64,000 bases of DNA from Nitrospirales bacterium (GTDB lineage Bacteria > Nitrospirota > Nitrospiria > Nitrospirales > UBA8639). The translations under genes and the position numbers were made by a program. Under the pieces are notes generated by a model. The model saw only the letters and a list, made by a program, of their open reading frames with translations. It did not search any database and had not been told where the DNA came from. Below, piece by piece: positions 49,876 to 62,805 of this stretch. The stretch lies in contig CBDCWC010000003.1 in the NCBI GenBank assembly GCA_965223295.1, forward strand, positions 1,824,001 through 1,888,000. Reading direction: 5' to 3'. How positions within the stretch are numbered: the stretch's first letter is position 1; every line of letters begins with the position of its first letter.

Positions 49876-52800
49876 TTGCACTTGGATAGTATCTATTCGC
49901 TCTTTGAAAAACCTCGTGACGCTGTTTCATTTGATGCGATGCGCATTCGTATCGCTTCACCGGAAAAGATTCGTTCCTGGTCTTATGGTGAGGTGAAAAA
50001 GCCTGAGACTATTAACTACCGGTCTTTTAAGCCCGAACGTGATGGGCTGTTTTGTGCAAAAATCTTTGGCCCGACAAAAGATTGGGAATGTAATTGCGGT
50101 AAATATAAGCGGATGAAACACAGGGGTATTGTCTGCGATAAATGCGGTGTGGAAGTCATTCAATCCAAAGTCCGTCGTGAGCGGATGGGGCATATAGAGC
50201 TAGCTGCTCCGGTCGCACATATCTGGTTTTTGAAAGGCGTCCCGAGCCGTATAGGTATTCTTCTAGACATGAGTCTCAAGCAATTGGAAAAAATTCTCTA
50301 TTTTGAGGCGTATGTCGTCTTGGATCCTGGCAATACCGATCTCAAAGAGCGGGAGTTGTTAACGGAGGAGCGATATCGAGAATGTGTGGAGGAGCATGGA
50401 GCGACGTCTTTTAAGGTCGGTATTGGAGCTGAAGCGATTCGTGAGCTCCTGAGAACCGTAGACATTGAGGCTCTATGGGATGAGCGGCATGACAAAATTA
50501 AAAGTACGACGTCTGTTGCCGTTGGGAAAAAGCTAACCAAACGTTTAAAAGTTATTGAAGCGTTTCATAAGTCCGGGAATAATCCGGAATGGATGATCAT
50601 GGACGCCATCCCGGTCTTACCTCCAGAGTTACGTCCCCTGGTTCCCTTAGATGGAGGACGCTTTGCAACTTCTGACCTGAACGATCTGTACCGGCGTGTG
50701 ATCAACCGGAATAATCGTTTGAAGAGGCTGGTGGAGCTAAAGGCTCCAGGGGTTATTATTCGTAATGAAATGCGGATGCTGCAAGAGGCGGTCGATGCCT
50801 TGTTCGATAACGGCCGTCGAGGGCGCGTGATTCGTGGCGCGAATAAGCGGCCGTTGAAATCCTTGAGCGATATGCTGAAGGGTAAGCAAGGGCGGTTCCG
50901 GCAAAACCTTTTGGGTAAACGTGTGGATTATTCTGGACGGTCGGTCATTGTGGTTGGGCCTGAACTTCGGCTCAATCAATGTGGGCTGCCCAAGAAAATG
51001 GCCCTGGAACTCTTTAAGCCGTTTATTTTTCACAAGCTGGAAGAGCGTGGCGCAGCGACGACTATCAAGAGTGCAAAGCGATTGGTTGAAAAAGAGCGTC
51101 CGGAAGTTTGGGATGTTTTAGATGAAGTGATTCGCGAGCATCCGGTCATGTTGAATCGCGCGCCAACTCTTCACCGGTTAGGTATCCAGGCCTTTGATCC
51201 TATTTTAGTTGAAGGGAAGGCAATTAGACTGCACCCGCTTGTCTGTGCGGCGTTCAACGCGGACTTTGATGGAGACCAAATGGCCGTGCATGTTCCGCTT
51301 TCAGTCGAAGCGCAGATTGAGGCGCGAGTGCTGATGATGGCAGCCAATAATATCTTGTCTCCAGCCAACGGGCGCCCACTGGCTATTCCTTCTCAAGATA
51401 TGGTCTTGGGTTGCTACTGGTTAACGAATAACCGTGACGGCGCACGAGGGGAAGGGAAGGTCTTTTCTTCAGTTGAAGAAGTTCGTATTGCCTATGATTC
51501 GAGTGAAATTGAAGAGCAGTCGGCAATTAAAGTTCGCATTGGTGATGAGTTAGTTGAGACGACGGTAGGGCGTGTCCTTTTGTCGGAAATCTTGCCGTCG
51601 AATATGGCCTTTTCGCATGCTAATCAGTTAATGACGAAAAAGGAGCTCACCAAATTGGTAGACCGCGTATACCGATTGGCTGGGCTTCATGACGCCGTGG
51701 TTATGCTGGATCGGTTGAAGGATTTGGGATTTCTTTATGCGACGAAGGCTGGTGTGTCAATTTGTATCGATAATATGCATATTCCATCCAGTAAGAGCGA
51801 TTTGATTAGTCGCGCGCAAAGTGATGTCAGTGCCGTGCAAAATCAATATAGTGAAGGTCTTATTACCAATGGCGAGCGGTATAACAAGGTCATTGATATC
51901 TGGGCTCATGTGAGTGAGCAAGTCGCCATTGCGATGATGAAAGAAATTAGTCAGGGTGATGGTCGAGGTGAAACAGAAGGTCTCAATCCAATTTATATGA
52001 TGGCTGACTCAGGCGCGCGAGGGAGTTCTCAGCAAATTCGGCAATTGGGCGGCATGCGTGGATTGATGGCCAAGCCGTCTGGGGAAATTATTGAAACGCC
52101 CATTACCGCGAATTTCCGTGAAGGACTGACCGTATTGCAGTACTTTATTTCCACCCACGGAGCGCGAAAGGGTTTAGCAGATACCGCATTGAAGACGGCT
52201 AATTCAGGTTACCTAACTCGACGGCTCGTGGATGCGGCCCAAGACGTGATTATCAGTGAGCCCGATTGTATGACCACCAATGGGATTATCGTATCGGCGC
52301 TGGTTGAAGGTGGCGAAGTCATTCAATCATTGGACGAACGAATTCTCGGTCGCCTAACGGCTGAAGATGTTCATGACCCTGTGACACAAGAAATCTTGGT
52401 CAAGGCTCATGAGGAATGTGATGAAGAGTTGTGCAAGACGATTGTTGAGGCAGGTATCGACCATATTAAAATTCGTTCTGTCTTGACCTGCCAATCACGT
52501 TGGGGTGTCTGTGCAAAATGTTATGGACGGGATCTGGCTCGTGGGCGCCTGGTGGAAAAGGGCGAGCCGGTTGGTGTCATTGCCGCTCAGTCAATTGGGG
52601 AACCCGGAACGCAGTTGACGATGAGAACATTCCACATTGGTGGAACGGCCAGTAAAGTGGTTGAGCAAACGGTTCTCGAGGCAAAGCATCCAGGAACGAT
52701 TAAGTTTCTGAGTTTTGATGCCAAAAAGAATGCGGATGTCCATAATGCCAGTATGGCGGTCAAAACCCAGCAAGGCGATTGGGTGGTCATGGTCAGAAAT

Positions 52801-54033
52801 GCCAAGATTGCCGTGTTTGATGAAACCGGCCGTGAGCGTGAAAAGTATCCACTGGTATACGGCGCAAAAATCAAGGTAAAGGATGGTGGAAAAGTTGATG
52901 TTGGGCAAAAGTTCGTGGAATGGGACCCTTATTCCTTAACGATTTTGACGGAAGTGGGTGGGAAGGTGGCCTTGGGTGATATTGCCGAAGGGGTTACGAT
53001 TAAAGATGAAGTGGATGAAGTGACCGGCTTGTCTCGGCGTGTTGTGATTGAGCAAGCTGGAACGAATCTTCGTCCTCGGCTATCGGTGAAGGATGATTCG
53101 GGAAAGACGGCGAAATTAAGTTCGGGATCTCCGGCGCGGTATCTTCTTCCTGTTGGAGCGCATATCTTTGTAGAAAAAGGTTCAACCGTGTATCCGGGAG
53201 ATGTGTTAGCGAAGATTCCTCGAGAAACTACAAAAACAAAAGATATTACAGGTGGTTTGCCAAGGGTGGCCGAGCTCTTTGAAGCAAGAAAACCCAAAAT
53301 GCATGCCGTGGTCAGCGAAATTGATGGTGAAGTGTCCTTTGGGGGATTTGTGAAGGGTCTTCGCAAGGTGACTGTGGATAATAAGATTGGCGATGTCAAG
53401 GAGTATCTTATTCCTCGCGGGCGTCATGTGAATGTGCATGAAGGTGATTGGGTGCGTGCGGGTGAGCCGTTGATGGATGGTTCGGCTAATCCACATGATA
53501 TTCTTAGCGTCTTAGGTCCTCGTGAATTGCAGAAATATTTGGTGAACGAAGTGCAGGAAGTGTATCGCTTGCAGGGCGTAGTGATTAATGATAAGCACAT
53601 TGAAGTGATCACTCGGCAGATGTTGAAAAAAATTCGTATTGAAGATGCAGGGGATACATCGTTCTTGCCGGGAACGCAGGTCAATAAATTTGTCTTTGAT
53701 GATGAAAATGAGCAGGTCATGTCAGATGGTGGGAAGCCTGCCCTTGGTAAGCCGGTGCTGCTAGGTATTACAAAGGCTTCGTTAAGCACTGATAGCTTTA
53801 TTTCCGGAGCTTCATTCCAAGAGACCACAAGAGTTCTTACTGAAGCGGCGATTAATGGCAGAACCGATGAGCTCAGAGGTCTGAAGGAAAATGTGATCGT
53901 TGGACGGCTTATCCCGGCAGGGACGGGTTGGGGTGAATACCGGGAAACATTTGTTCCGCTTCCGGTTGAAGAACAGCCTTCATCTCTTGAGGAAGATGCG
54001 GGTCTTGAGCAGGGGCAATTATCAAGAAACTAA
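49876..54033 (+). CDS. rpoC: RNA polymerase beta' subunit
   Basis: NADFDGDQM, Zn fingers, TMRTFH; TTG start at 49876 or 49882. Confidence 0.99.
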   Translation: MHLDSIYSLFEKPRDAVSFDAMRIRIASPEKIRSWSYGEVKKPETINYRSFKPERDGLFCAKIFGPTKDWECNCGKYKRMKHRGIVCDKCGVEVIQSKVRRERMGHIELAAPVAHIWFLKGVPSRIGILLDMSLKQLEKILYFEAYVVLDPGNTDLKERELLTEERYRECVEEHGATSFKVGIGAEAIRELLRTVDIEALWDERHDKIKSTTSVAVGKKLTKRLKVIEAFHKSGNNPEWMIMDAIPVLPPELRPLVPLDGGRFATSDLNDLYRRVINRNNRLKRLVELKAPGVIIRNEMRMLQEAVDALFDNGRRGRVIRGANKRPLKSLSDMLKGKQGRFRQNLLGKRVDYSGRSVIVVGPELRLNQCGLPKKMALELFKPFIFHKLEERGAATTIKSAKRLVEKERPEVWDVLDEVIREHPVMLNRAPTLHRLGIQAFDPILVEGKAIRLHPLVCAAFNADFDGDQMAVHVPLSVEAQIEARVLMMAANNILSPANGRPLAIPSQDMVLGCYWLTNNRDGARGEGKVFSSVEEVRIAYDSSEIEEQSAIKVRIGDELVETTVGRVLLSEILPSNMAFSHANQLMTKKELTKLVDRVYRLAGLHDAVVMLDRLKDLGFLYATKAGVSICIDNMHIPSSKSDLISRAQSDVSAVQNQYSEGLITNGERYNKVIDIWAHVSEQVAIAMMKEISQGDGRGETEGLNPIYMMADSGARGSSQQIRQLGGMRGLMAKPSGEIIETPITANFREGLTVLQYFISTHGARKGLADTALKTANSGYLTRRLVDAAQDVIISEPDCMTTNGIIVSALVEGGEVIQSLDERILGRLTAEDVHDPVTQEILVKAHEECDEELCKTIVEAGIDHIKIRSVLTCQSRWGVCAKCYGRDLARGRLVEKGEPVGVIAAQSIGEPGTQLTMRTFHIGGTASKVVEQTVLEAKHPGTIKFLSFDAKKNADVHNASMAVKTQQGDWVVMVRNAKIAVFDETGREREKYPLVYGAKIKVKDGGKVDVGQKFVEWDPYSLTILTEVGGKVALGDIAEGVTIKDEVDEVTGLSRRVVIEQAGTNLRPRLSVKDDSGKTAKLSSGSPARYLLPVGAHIFVEKGSTVYPGDVLAKIPRETTKTKDITGGLPRVAELFEARKPKMHAVVSEIDGEVSFGGFVKGLRKVTVDNKIGDVKEYLIPRGRHVNVHEGDWVRAGEPLMDGSANPHDILSVLGPRELQKYLVNEVQEVYRLQGVVINDKHIEVITRQMLKKIRIEDAGDTSFLPGTQVNKFVFDDENEQVMSDGGKPALGKPVLLGITKASLSTDSFISGASFQETTRVLTEAAINGRTDELRGLKENVIVGRLIPAGTGWGEYRETFVPLPVEEQPSSLEEDAGLEQGQLSRN

Positions 54034-54069
54034 TTTGTCATGTTGTTGATGGAAAGCTGTGTGTTCCTA

Positions 54070-54098
54070 TTGACAGTTAGTGCGTGAATCTATAACAT
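54070..54098 (+). promoter_or_regulatory. Putative sigma70 promoter of the str operon
   Basis: TTGACA-N17-TAACAT. Confidence 0.65.
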
Positions 54099-54159
54099 CG
54101 GCTGGTTGTCCCAAAGGAAAAGTTTTGTCTGAGTTTTTCATTCTGAATCTAGGAATATC

Positions 54160-54531
54160 ATGCCGACAGTCAATCAATTAGTCCGCGTGGGCCGAAAGGC
54201 AATCAAGGCCAAAAGTAAGAGTTCGGCGTTAAATCAATGCCCCCAGAGAAGAGGTGTGTGTCTTCGTGTGTATACCACCACTCCCAAAAAGCCAAATTCT
54301 GCTTTACGGAAGGTGGCCAGGGTTCGCTTGACGACGGGTTTGGAGGTGACGGCGTATATCCCAGGCATGGGACATAATTTGCAAGAGCATTCGATTGTGT
54401 TGGTAAGGGGTGGACGCGTAAAGGATCTTCCCGGTGTTCGATATCATATGGTCCGTGGCGCCTTGGATGCCGTAGGGGTAGCAAATCGAAAGCAGGGTCG
54501 GTCGAAGTATGGAGCTAAGCGACCCAAGTAA
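54160..54531 (+). CDS. rpsL: 30S ribosomal protein S12
   Basis: [20 protein letters not shown]. Confidence 0.99.
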   Translation: MPTVNQLVRVGRKAIKAKSKSSALNQCPQRRGVCLRVYTTTPKKPNSALRKVARVRLTTGLEVTAYIPGMGHNLQEHSIVLVRGGRVKDLPGVRYHMVRGALDAVGVANRKQGRSKYGAKRPK

Positions 54532-54591
54532 TCCTTCCTGTATCTTTGGGGCAAGACTGATTAATTCATATTAAAAATTTGGAACTGTAGC

Positions 54592-55062
54592 ATGCCACGT
54601 AGGCCACTTGTACTTCGTCATAAGGTTGTTCAGGATTCCCGTTACAAAGACCCTGTTGTTGGAAGGTTTTTGAATATTCTTTTGCGGGATGGAAAAAAGA
54701 GCACGGCTGAACGTGTCTGTTATGGAGCGTTTGATATCGTGAAGGATAAAACGGGTGATGAGCCTCTGAAGGTTTTTCATGCCGCTCTTGGTAACGTGAA
54801 GCCAATGGTGGAGGTGAAGTCTCGGCGTGTTGGTGGAGCATCGTATCAGGTTCCGGTAGAGATTCGCCCGGTTCGTCAGATTGCGCTGGCTTTACGTTGG
54901 ATAAAGCAAAGTGCTGTGTCGCGAAGCGGGAAAAGCATGAGAGAGAAACTGGCGGCGGAGTTGATGGATGCCGCGAGTAATAATGGATCCGCAGTAAAAA
55001 AGCGTGACGAAACTCATCGGATGGCAGAAGCCAACAGAGCTTTTGCGCATTATCGGTGGTAG
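54592..55062 (+). CDS. rpsG: 30S ribosomal protein S7
   Basis: SRRVGGASYQVP, HRMAEANRAFAHYRW. Confidence 0.99.
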   Translation: MPRRPLVLRHKVVQDSRYKDPVVGRFLNILLRDGKKSTAERVCYGAFDIVKDKTGDEPLKVFHAALGNVKPMVEVKSRRVGGASYQVPVEIRPVRQIALALRWIKQSAVSRSGKSMREKLAAELMDAASNNGSAVKKRDETHRMAEANRAFAHYRW

Positions 55063-55170
55063 GTTTGGCTGAATATGCTGCAGTTGACTTGCTGTAAATA
55101 GGGGCCGTGGGTTTCTCTGTTGGTCTCTTGATGGGCAAAGTCTTGTGCAGCATTGTTGTGTGAGGGGTTT

Positions 55171-57252
55171 GTGGCGGTCGATACTTCACTCAGTAACACA
55201 AGAAATATCGGGATTATGGCGCATATAGACGCCGGGAAAACTACGACGACTGAGCGTATTTTGTATTATACCGGCGTGTCTCATAAAATTGGTGAGGTGC
55301 ATGAAGGTGCCGCGACCATGGATTGGATGGAGCAAGAGCGGGAGCGTGGCATTACCATTACTTCTGCTGCGACAACATGCTCGTGGAACAATAGTATTAT
55401 TAATATTATTGATACTCCAGGGCATGTCGATTTCACCATTGAAGTGGAGCGTTCCCTTCGGGTGTTAGACGGAGCCGTGGCTGCATTTGACTCAGTTCAG
55501 GGCGTTGAGCCGCAATCTGAGACCGTGTGGCGTCAAGCTGATAAGTATCAGGTTCCGCGCATCGCCTTTATGAATAAAATGGACCGGGTGGGGGCAGATT
55601 TCTTTGCCAGTGTGCAGTCGTTGATTGATCGTCTTGGCGCAAAGCCTGTTCCTGTGCAGTTGCCTTTTGGGAAAGAGGATGGTTTTAGGGGGGTCATTGA
55701 TTTAGTCTCCATGAAGGCGCTCATTTTTGATGATGAAACTCTTGGTGCGGCTTTCGTGACAGAAGAGGTCCCTGCAGATTATGTCGAGCAAGCCAACGAG
55801 TATCGCGAAAAAATGCTGGATGCTGTTGTGGAGTTTGATGAAGCGGTGATGGAGCGTTATTTAGGTGGCGAGTCTCTGAGTGTTGATGAAATAAAGGGAG
55901 CTATTCGTCAGGGGACAATTGACCTGAAGATTACCCCAGTGCTTTGCGGGTCCGCCTTTAAGAATAAGGGTGTTCAGCCGTTGTTGGATGCTGTTGTTGA
56001 TTTTTTGCCTTCCCCTCTTGATCTTCCTCCTGTCCAGGGCGTTGATCCAGGGGATGAGTCTCAGGTTACTCGAAAGGCTGATGCTGATGAGCCGTTTGCT
56101 GCTTTGGCCTTTAAAATTATGTCTGATCCATTTTCAGGGCAATTGACGTATTTTCGAGTCTATTCTGGCAAGCTGAGTGCTGGATCATATGTGTATAACG
56201 TTGGCAAGGGAAAGAAAGAGCGTGTTGGCCGGTTGCTGAAGATGCACGCCAATAAGCGAGAAGAGATTGGTGAGGTGTCGGCAGGTGATATTGCTGCGGC
56301 CGTTGGACTGAAGGATACAAGGACAGGGGATACTCTGTGCGATGAAAAGCATCCAATCTTGCTGGAAGTGATTAAGTTTCCTGAGCCGGTTATTTCTTTA
56401 GCGGTCGAACCTAAGACGAAGCAGGATTTGGATAAACTTGGATATTCTTTGGAAAAGCTTGCTCAGGAAGATCCTTCATTTCAAGTGCAATCAGATGAAG
56501 AGACTGGCCAGACAATCATTTCTGGTATGGGAGAATTGCATTTGGAGATTATTGTTGACCGGCTTCTTCGTGAATTTAAGGTTCAGGCAAACGTTGGAAA
56601 GCCTCAGGTTGCCTATCGTGAAACAATTCGTGGTACAGCCGAAGCCGAAGCGAAGTATGTAAAGCAAACTGGAGGGCGTGGGCAGTATGGTCATGTGTGG
56701 CTCCGTGTTGAGTCAGCAGAGCCTGGGACTGGCCTCGAGTTTATTAATAAGATTGTCGGTGGTGCTGTCCCAAAAGAATTTATTGGTCCGGTTGAGAAGG
56801 GTGTAAAGGAAAGAATGGAAAGTGGGATTTTGGCTGGATATCCCATGAGAGATCTTCGTGTTACCTTGTTCGATGGTTCTTTCCATGAAGTTGATTCCAG
56901 CGAGATGGCGTTTAAGATTGCAGGTTCTATGGCTTTGGTGAGTGCATGTCAGAAGGCCGACTTGGTCTTGCTGGAGCCTGTGATGAAGGTTGAAGTGTTA
57001 GTTCCTCAGGAATTTATGGGAGATATCATCGGGGATTTAAATGGCCGACGTGGGAAGATTCATGGAATGAAGGCGAGGGGTGGGTCTCAGGTCGTGGATG
57101 CGGCTGTCCCGCTAAGCGAAATGTTCGGGTATTCTACGGATTTGCGATCAAAGACTCAGGGGCGTGCGACGTATAGCATGGAATTTGAGTCGTATGAAGT
57201 GGTTCCTAAGTTGATGGCCCAGCAAATTATCAAAAAGAATCAAGGGGAATAA
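55171..57252 (+). CDS. fusA: Elongation factor G
   Basis: [29 protein letters not shown]; probable GTG start at 55171. Confidence 0.99.
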   Translation: MAVDTSLSNTRNIGIMAHIDAGKTTTTERILYYTGVSHKIGEVHEGAATMDWMEQERERGITITSAATTCSWNNSIINIIDTPGHVDFTIEVERSLRVLDGAVAAFDSVQGVEPQSETVWRQADKYQVPRIAFMNKMDRVGADFFASVQSLIDRLGAKPVPVQLPFGKEDGFRGVIDLVSMKALIFDDETLGAAFVTEEVPADYVEQANEYREKMLDAVVEFDEAVMERYLGGESLSVDEIKGAIRQGTIDLKITPVLCGSAFKNKGVQPLLDAVVDFLPSPLDLPPVQGVDPGDESQVTRKADADEPFAALAFKIMSDPFSGQLTYFRVYSGKLSAGSYVYNVGKGKKERVGRLLKMHANKREEIGEVSAGDIAAAVGLKDTRTGDTLCDEKHPILLEVIKFPEPVISLAVEPKTKQDLDKLGYSLEKLAQEDPSFQVQSDEETGQTIISGMGELHLEIIVDRLLREFKVQANVGKPQVAYRETIRGTAEAEAKYVKQTGGRGQYGHVWLRVESAEPGTGLEFINKIVGGAVPKEFIGPVEKGVKERMESGILAGYPMRDLRVTLFDGSFHEVDSSEMAFKIAGSMALVSACQKADLVLLEPVMKVEVLVPQEFMGDIIGDLNGRRGKIHGMKARGGSQVVDAAVPLSEMFGYSTDLRSKTQGRATYSMEFESYEVVPKLMAQQIIKKNQGE

Positions 57253-57310
57253 GGCCTCTCTGTATAAACTATTCTTTTATGGAATAACAGTGACTTGAGG
57301 AGGAAAGAGG

Positions 57311-58515
57311 ATGGCGAAGGCGAAATTTGAGCGGAAGAAGCCGCATTTAAATGTGGGGACGATTGGGCATGTGGATCATGGCAAGACGACGCTCACCTCG
57401 GCGTTAACCAAAGTCATGGGGGATTTAGGGAAAGCCTCGTATGTGCCCTATGACGACGTGGCCAAGGCGAGCGAGAGTCAAGGGCGGCGGGATCCCACCA
57501 AAATCCTCACGATTGCCATCTCGCATGTGGAGTATGAAACCGACAACCGGCATTACGCGCATGTGGACTGTCCGGGGCATGCGGACTATGTCAAAAACAT
57601 GATCACGGGGGCGGCGCAAATGGACGGGGCCATCTTGGTGGTCAGTGCGGCGGATGGGCCGATGCCGCAAACGCGGGAGCATATCCTCTTAGCGCGGCAA
57701 GTGGGGGTACCCTACATCGTCGTCTTCTTGAACAAAGCGGATAAGGTGGAAGACAAAGAATTGCTGGAGTTAGTGGAATTAGAAGTGCGGGAATTGCTCA
57801 CCAAGTATGGCTTTCCCGGCGATGATGTGCCGGTGGTCATCGGATCAGCCATCAAAGCCATCGAAGGCGACAGCAGCGACATTGGGATCGCCTCGATCAC
57901 GAAGTTATTAGAGGCGGTGGATACGTACATTCCCACGCCCGAACGAGCCATCGACAAGGCCTTTCTCATGCCAATAGAAGATGTATTTACCATCAGTGGC
58001 CGGGGGACGGTGGTCACAGGCCGAGTGGAGCGGGGCAAGGTCAAGGTGGGGGATGAAATTGAGATTGTGGGGTTACGGGCCACGCAGGCGACCATTGTCA
58101 CAGGGGTGGAAATGTTCCGGAAGGTGTTAGATGATGGGCAAGCGGGCGATAACATTGGGGCCTTGTTGCGGGGTACGAAGAAAGAGGACGTGGAGCGGGG
58201 GATGGTGTTGGCCAAGCCGAAGTCGATCACGCCGCATACGAAGTTCAAGGCGGAAGTGTATGTGTTGACGAAAGAAGAAGGGGCCGGCATACGCCGTTTT
58301 TCAATGGGTATCGCCCGCAGTTTTACTTCCGGACGACGGATGTGACGGGGGTGGTGCAGTTGAATGAAGGGGTGGAGATGGTGATGCCGGGGGATAACGT
58401 GTCGTTTGCGGGGGAGTTGATTGCGCCGATTGCGATGGAGCAGGGGGTGCGGTTTGCCGTGCGCGAAGGGGGCCGAACCGTGGGGGCCGGGGTTGTCACC
58501 GAAATTGTTGAGTAA
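57311..58515 (+). pseudogene. tuf: Second EF-Tu copy with an apparent 1-nt deletion (probably a sequencing error)
   Basis: Matches 41081-42286 except G4 at 58280-58283 where the first copy has G5 at 42050-42054. Confidence 0.85.
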
Positions 58516-58548
58516 ATTCTATTAGGAAAGAGGAAAGGGTAGGTTTTT

Positions 58549-58860
58549 GTGGATCGAGACCGCAGAATTCGAATACGTTTAAAGGGGTTTGACTACCGTG
58601 TGCTTGATCAATCCGTTCGAGAGATTGTGGACACGGTCAGGCGTAGTGGAGCCCTAATAGCTGGCCCTGTTCCTTTGCCTACCCGAATAGAGAAGTATAC
58701 TGTGCAACGTTCTACTCATGTTGACAAGAAGTCGCGTGAACAATTTGAAATTCGTACCCATAAGCGTTTGTTGGATATTATGGAGCCGACTCCAGAAACT
58801 ATGGACGCATTGATGAAGTTGAACTTAGCAGCTGGTGTTGATGTTGAAATAAAATTGTAA
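58549..58860 (+). CDS. rpsJ: 30S ribosomal protein S10
   Basis: [21 protein letters not shown]. Confidence 0.99.
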   Translation: MDRDRRIRIRLKGFDYRVLDQSVREIVDTVRRSGALIAGPVPLPTRIEKYTVQRSTHVDKKSREQFEIRTHKRLLDIMEPTPETMDALMKLNLAAGVDVEIKL

Positions 58861-58923
58861 GTTTTTAGTTAAGTTCGTGAAGGTGGGACATCATTATTGA
58901 CGGAATTTTGAGTAGGAAAAAAT

Positions 58924-59541
58924 ATGATTAGCGGGCTAGTGGGTAGAAAATTAGGAATGATACAGGTCTTTGATGAGGCAAGGCGTCTCGTCCCTGTTAC
59001 CGTTGTGCAGGCGGGGCCTTGTGGGATTGTTCAGGTAAAAGAGAAGGGGCGTGATGGGTATGAGTCGGTTCAGGTTGGGTTTGAAGAAGTTCCTGAGCGA
59101 AAGCTGAATAAGCCAGAATTGGGGCATTTGCGGAAAGCGAATGATCGGCGTTGGAAGTACTTAAAAGAATTTCATGCGGATGGAAAAGTTGAGTTGGGTG
59201 CGCTGGTTACCGTAGATTTGTTCTCTAAGGGAGACCAGGTCAAGATACAGGGTGTTTCAAAGGGGAAGGGCTTTCAGGGTGTGATGAAGCGTCATAATTA
59301 CGGAGGTGGACCGGCGACTCACGGATCGATGTTTCATCGAGCACCGGGCGCTGTCGGGCAGTGTTCCTATCCTTCTCGAGTGTTTAAGAACAAGACGTTG
59401 CCTGGGCAAATGGGAAGTAAGCGAATTACTGTAAAGGGGCTGAAGATTGTAGATGTTAGATCTGAGGAAAACATTTTGTTGGTTTCAGGCTCGATACCGG
59501 GTGCTAATGGTGCAATGGTTGTGATTAGGAAGGCTGGATAA
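58924..59541 (+). CDS. rplC: 50S ribosomal protein L3
   Basis: KLGM, DGYESVQ, SKGKGFQG. Confidence 0.98.
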   Translation: MISGLVGRKLGMIQVFDEARRLVPVTVVQAGPCGIVQVKEKGRDGYESVQVGFEEVPERKLNKPELGHLRKANDRRWKYLKEFHADGKVELGALVTVDLFSKGDQVKIQGVSKGKGFQGVMKRHNYGGGPATHGSMFHRAPGAVGQCSYPSRVFKNKTLPGQMGSKRITVKGLKIVDVRSEENILLVSGSIPGANGAMVVIRKAG

Positions 59542-59550
59542 GGAATTCGT

Positions 59551-60171
59551 ATGGGTGCTTTGCCAGTATTAGGAGCTGATGGGCAGAAGATTGATTCTGT
59601 TGAGTTGAGCAACGAGGTCTTTGGCTCATCCATTAATGAAGTGCTGGTCCATCGGGCAGTTGTGATGCAGAGAGCGTCTGCTCGTCAGGGTACGGCGTCA
59701 ACGAAAGGTCGTGGGGAAGTCCGAGGGTCCGGGAAAAAGCCATGGAAGCAGAAGCATACTGGGAGAGCCAGGGCTGGTTCTGCTCGTTCTCCAATCTGGA
59801 GGCATGGTGGGATAGTGTTTGGGCCTACGCCAAGATCTTATGGATATCCTCTTCCTAAGAAGATGTATCGTTCTGCTTTAAAGGCAGCCTTGTCAGATAA
59901 GGCTGCCGCTGGGGGTGTCGTCGTCGTCGATTTATCTTTACCGGAAATGAAAACGAAAGCGTTGGTTCAAACGCTTTCCCGAGTAGGGGTGAGTGGGAAG
60001 GCCCTGTTGGTCGTGGAAGAAGGGGCCGTTGACCTGGTGAGGATTGGGAAAAACGTTCAGTGGTTAAAGGTTCTGCATGCAAAGGATTTGAATGTGTATG
60101 ATCTTTTGTGGTGTGAGAAGCTCGTGGTGACTCGAGGAGAGTTGCAAAAAATCCAGGAAATTTGGGTGTAA
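59551..60171 (+). CDS. rplD: 50S ribosomal protein L4
   Basis: RQGTASTK, KPWKQKHTGRAR. Confidence 0.98.
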   Translation: MGALPVLGADGQKIDSVELSNEVFGSSINEVLVHRAVVMQRASARQGTASTKGRGEVRGSGKKPWKQKHTGRARAGSARSPIWRHGGIVFGPTPRSYGYPLPKKMYRSALKAALSDKAAAGGVVVVDLSLPEMKTKALVQTLSRVGVSGKALLVVEEGAVDLVRIGKNVQWLKVLHAKDLNVYDLLWCEKLVVTRGELQKIQEIWV

Positions 60172-60172
60172 T

Positions 60173-60460
60173 ATGAATCCACATGATGTCCTCATTCGAC
60201 CATTATTAACGGAGAAAATTACAGCTATTCGCGAAATTAAGAATAGTGTGGCTTTTGCGGTCGACCGTCGAGCCACGCGCGTTGACGTTCGACATGCAGT
60301 GGAAAAAGTATTTAGCGTTAAGGTGGCTTCGGTGAATGTCATCAACGTGAGAGGGAAGAAAAAGCGTCAGGGGCGGTATTTGGGTAAGAGGGCAGATTGG
60401 CGAAAAGCGTTGGTTACATTAAAAGAAGGTGAAAAAATTGAATTGTACGAAAGTGCGTAG
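60173..60460 (+). CDS. rplW: 50S ribosomal protein L23
   Basis: PLLTEK, AVEKVFSVKV, WRKALVTL. Confidence 0.97.
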   Translation: MNPHDVLIRPLLTEKITAIREIKNSVAFAVDRRATRVDVRHAVEKVFSVKVASVNVINVRGKKKRQGRYLGKRADWRKALVTLKEGEKIELYESA

Positions 60461-60519
60461 TAAAGAAATCAGCTTGTCATTTCAAGTTAATGCCTATTTT
60501 TTAGGAAAGTCGTTAAGTC

Positions 60520-61359
60520 ATGCCAATTAAGGAATATAACCCGACATCGCCAGGTCGACGTGGAATGTCGGCAGTGACAAAAGAAGGATTGGCCCCGAAT
60601 CAGCCTGCAAAAAGTCTAACAAAAACCATTTCTCCATCTGGTGGGAGGAACAATGCGGGTCGAATAACGGTTCGTTTCCGAGGCGGTGGGCATAAGCGCC
60701 GTTACCGAAAAATTGATTTTAAGAGAGATAAGGTTGGCGTCCCTGCCAAGGTGGCTCGCATTGAATATGATCCGAATCGGACAGCTCGTATTGCCCTGTT
60801 GCATTATTCTGATGGAGAAAAGCGATATATTCTGGCTCCTCAAGGGCTAGCGGTTGGTGATGCTGTCAGGTCAGGTTCTCAAAGTGAAGTGAAGGCGGGC
60901 AATGCTCTTCCTCTTATGGAAATGCCTTTGGGTGTGGTGATCCATAATATTGAATTAAAGCCAGGTAAGGGGGCGCAGTTAGCCAGAAGTGCCGGGGTTT
61001 CCGCGCAGGTTATGGGCAGAGATCAAGGTTATGTTCAGGTGCGTTTGGCTTCTGGAGAAATGCGAAAAATTTTAGGAACCTGTATGGCCACAGTCGGTCA
61101 GGTCGGGAATTCTGATCATAATAATGTGACCGTGGGAAAAGCCGGGCGTTCCCGTTGGTTAGGCAGGAAGCCTCATGTGCGCGGGGTGGTCATGAATCCG
61201 GTTGATCATCCACATGGCGGGGGTGAAGGAAAGGCTGGTGCGGGCAATCCTCATCCGGTTTCTCCGTGGGGGCAACCTGCAAAGGGTTTTAAAACCCGTA
61301 AGCCAAGAAATCAAAGTACACGTTATATCATTGCGAGTCGCAAGAAAAAGTCTCGATAG
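60520..61359 (+). CDS. rplB: 50S ribosomal protein L2
   Basis: [25 protein letters not shown]. Confidence 0.99.
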   Translation: MPIKEYNPTSPGRRGMSAVTKEGLAPNQPAKSLTKTISPSGGRNNAGRITVRFRGGGHKRRYRKIDFKRDKVGVPAKVARIEYDPNRTARIALLHYSDGEKRYILAPQGLAVGDAVRSGSQSEVKAGNALPLMEMPLGVVIHNIELKPGKGAQLARSAGVSAQVMGRDQGYVQVRLASGEMRKILGTCMATVGQVGNSDHNNVTVGKAGRSRWLGRKPHVRGVVMNPVDHPHGGGEGKAGAGNPHPVSPWGQPAKGFKTRKPRNQSTRYIIASRKKKSR

Positions 61360-61373
61360 ATTGAGGGGGAACG

Positions 61374-61661
61374 ATGCCTAGGTCAGTTCATAAGGGTCCA
61401 TTTGTTGACGAACATCTTCTCAAAAAAATTGAGAAGGCAAGGGACTCGAGAGAGTCCAGGGTCATTAAAACATGGTCTCGTCGTTCCACGATTACCCCCG
61501 ATATGATTGGTCTGACCTTTGCTGTGCATAATGGGAAAAAGTTTATTCCGGTGTTTATTACGGACAATATGGTTGGGCATAAACTTGGAGAGTTTTCTCC
61601 CACCCGGTTGTTTAAAGGGCATAGTGCGGCAAAGAGCGAAAAGGGTGTGGCGCTTAAGTAA
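61374..61661 (+). CDS. rpsS: 30S ribosomal protein S19
   Basis: KTWSRRS, GHKLGEF. Confidence 0.99.
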   Translation: MPRSVHKGPFVDEHLLKKIEKARDSRESRVIKTWSRRSTITPDMIGLTFAVHNGKKFIPVFITDNMVGHKLGEFSPTRLFKGHSAAKSEKGVALK

Positions 61662-61715
61662 GTCGTTCGTGGCTCAGGTGTTTCTTATCATGAATTTTGA
61701 AGAGTAGAGATTGAT

Positions 61716-62054
61716 ATGGCTGAAGCAAAAGCAATTCTGCGTAATGTAAGATTGGCTCCACGGAAGGCGAGGTTAGTCGTGGATATGGTAAGGGGTCGTA
61801 ATGCGGCAGAAGCCTTAACCCTTCTCAAATTTACGCCACGTTCTGCAGCGAGAGTTGTTGAGCAGTTGCTATCTTCTGCGGTGGCCAATGCAGGGCAAAA
61901 GGATTTAGGGGAGCCTGAGGGCTTGAAGGTCTCAACCGCTTATGTTGATGGTGGGCCAGTTCTCAAAAGATTTCAACCGCGTTCAATGGGAAGAGCCAGT
62001 CCCATTAAAAAGCGGACAAGCCATATTACCATTGTGGTCAGTCCGGTGAGTTAA
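61716..62054 (+). CDS. rplV: 50S ribosomal protein L22
   Basis: PRKARLV, SAVANA, KRTSHITI. Confidence 0.98.
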   Translation: MAEAKAILRNVRLAPRKARLVVDMVRGRNAAEALTLLKFTPRSAARVVEQLLSSAVANAGQKDLGEPEGLKVSTAYVDGGPVLKRFQPRSMGRASPIKKRTSHITIVVSPVS

Positions 62055-62105
62055 AAGAGCTGTCAGTGGTAGTTGTAAATGAGAGTTAGGTAAGGAGAAC
62101 GATTC

Positions 62106-62771
62106 ATGGGTCAAAAGACGCACCCCTATGGCTTCCGGTTAGGGTACACCCGCACATGGAGGTCAAGGTGGTATGCTAAGAAAGATTATGCCACGTTGCT
62201 TCATCAAGATTTGTCGATTCGGACCTTGGTGAAAAAGCGGCTCTATCATGCCGGAATATCCAGTGTGGAAATTGAGCGGTCTGGTAATCAATTGAAATTG
62301 ATTATTCATACAGCTCGTCCTGGAATCATTATTGGGCGAAAAGGCGCCGAGGTTGATAAATTGAAGGCTTCCTTGGAAAAAGATTATGGCAATGAAGTCT
62401 TTGTGACGGTGAAAGAAATAAAAAAGCCAGAAATCGATGCGCAATTAGTCGCTGAAAATATCGCCACTCAGTTGGAAAAGCGCGTGTCCTTTCGTCGTGC
62501 ATTGAAGCGTAGTGTAGCTTCGGCACTTCGTCTCGGGGCATTAGGGATTAAGGTGTACTGTGCTGGTCGGCTAGGCGGGCACGAGATCGCCAGGACGGAA
62601 TGGTATCGTGAGGGGCGAGTGCCTCTGCATACCCTCCGAGCTGATGTCGAGTATGGTTTTGCTGAGGCTAAAACGGCAATGGGTCAGATAGGGGTCAAAG
62701 CCTGGATCTTTAAAGGGGATGCACAGATTCCTTCGTTAGAAAAATCCGAACCGTCCTTAGGGTTTTTATAA
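62106..62771 (+). CDS. rpsC: 30S ribosomal protein S3
   Basis: [28 protein letters not shown]. Confidence 0.99.
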   Translation: MGQKTHPYGFRLGYTRTWRSRWYAKKDYATLLHQDLSIRTLVKKRLYHAGISSVEIERSGNQLKLIIHTARPGIIIGRKGAEVDKLKASLEKDYGNEVFVTVKEIKKPEIDAQLVAENIATQLEKRVSFRRALKRSVASALRLGALGIKVYCAGRLGGHEIARTEWYREGRVPLHTLRADVEYGFAEAKTAMGQIGVKAWIFKGDAQIPSLEKSEPSLGFL

Positions 62772-62805
62772 GAAATTTTTATTTTGGTATTGGAGAATTG
62801 GCAGA

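Noticed and set aside
58270-58345. Programmed frameshifting in the second tuf
   Set aside because: No slippery heptamer or stimulatory structure, and the paralog is intact; an error is more parsimonious.
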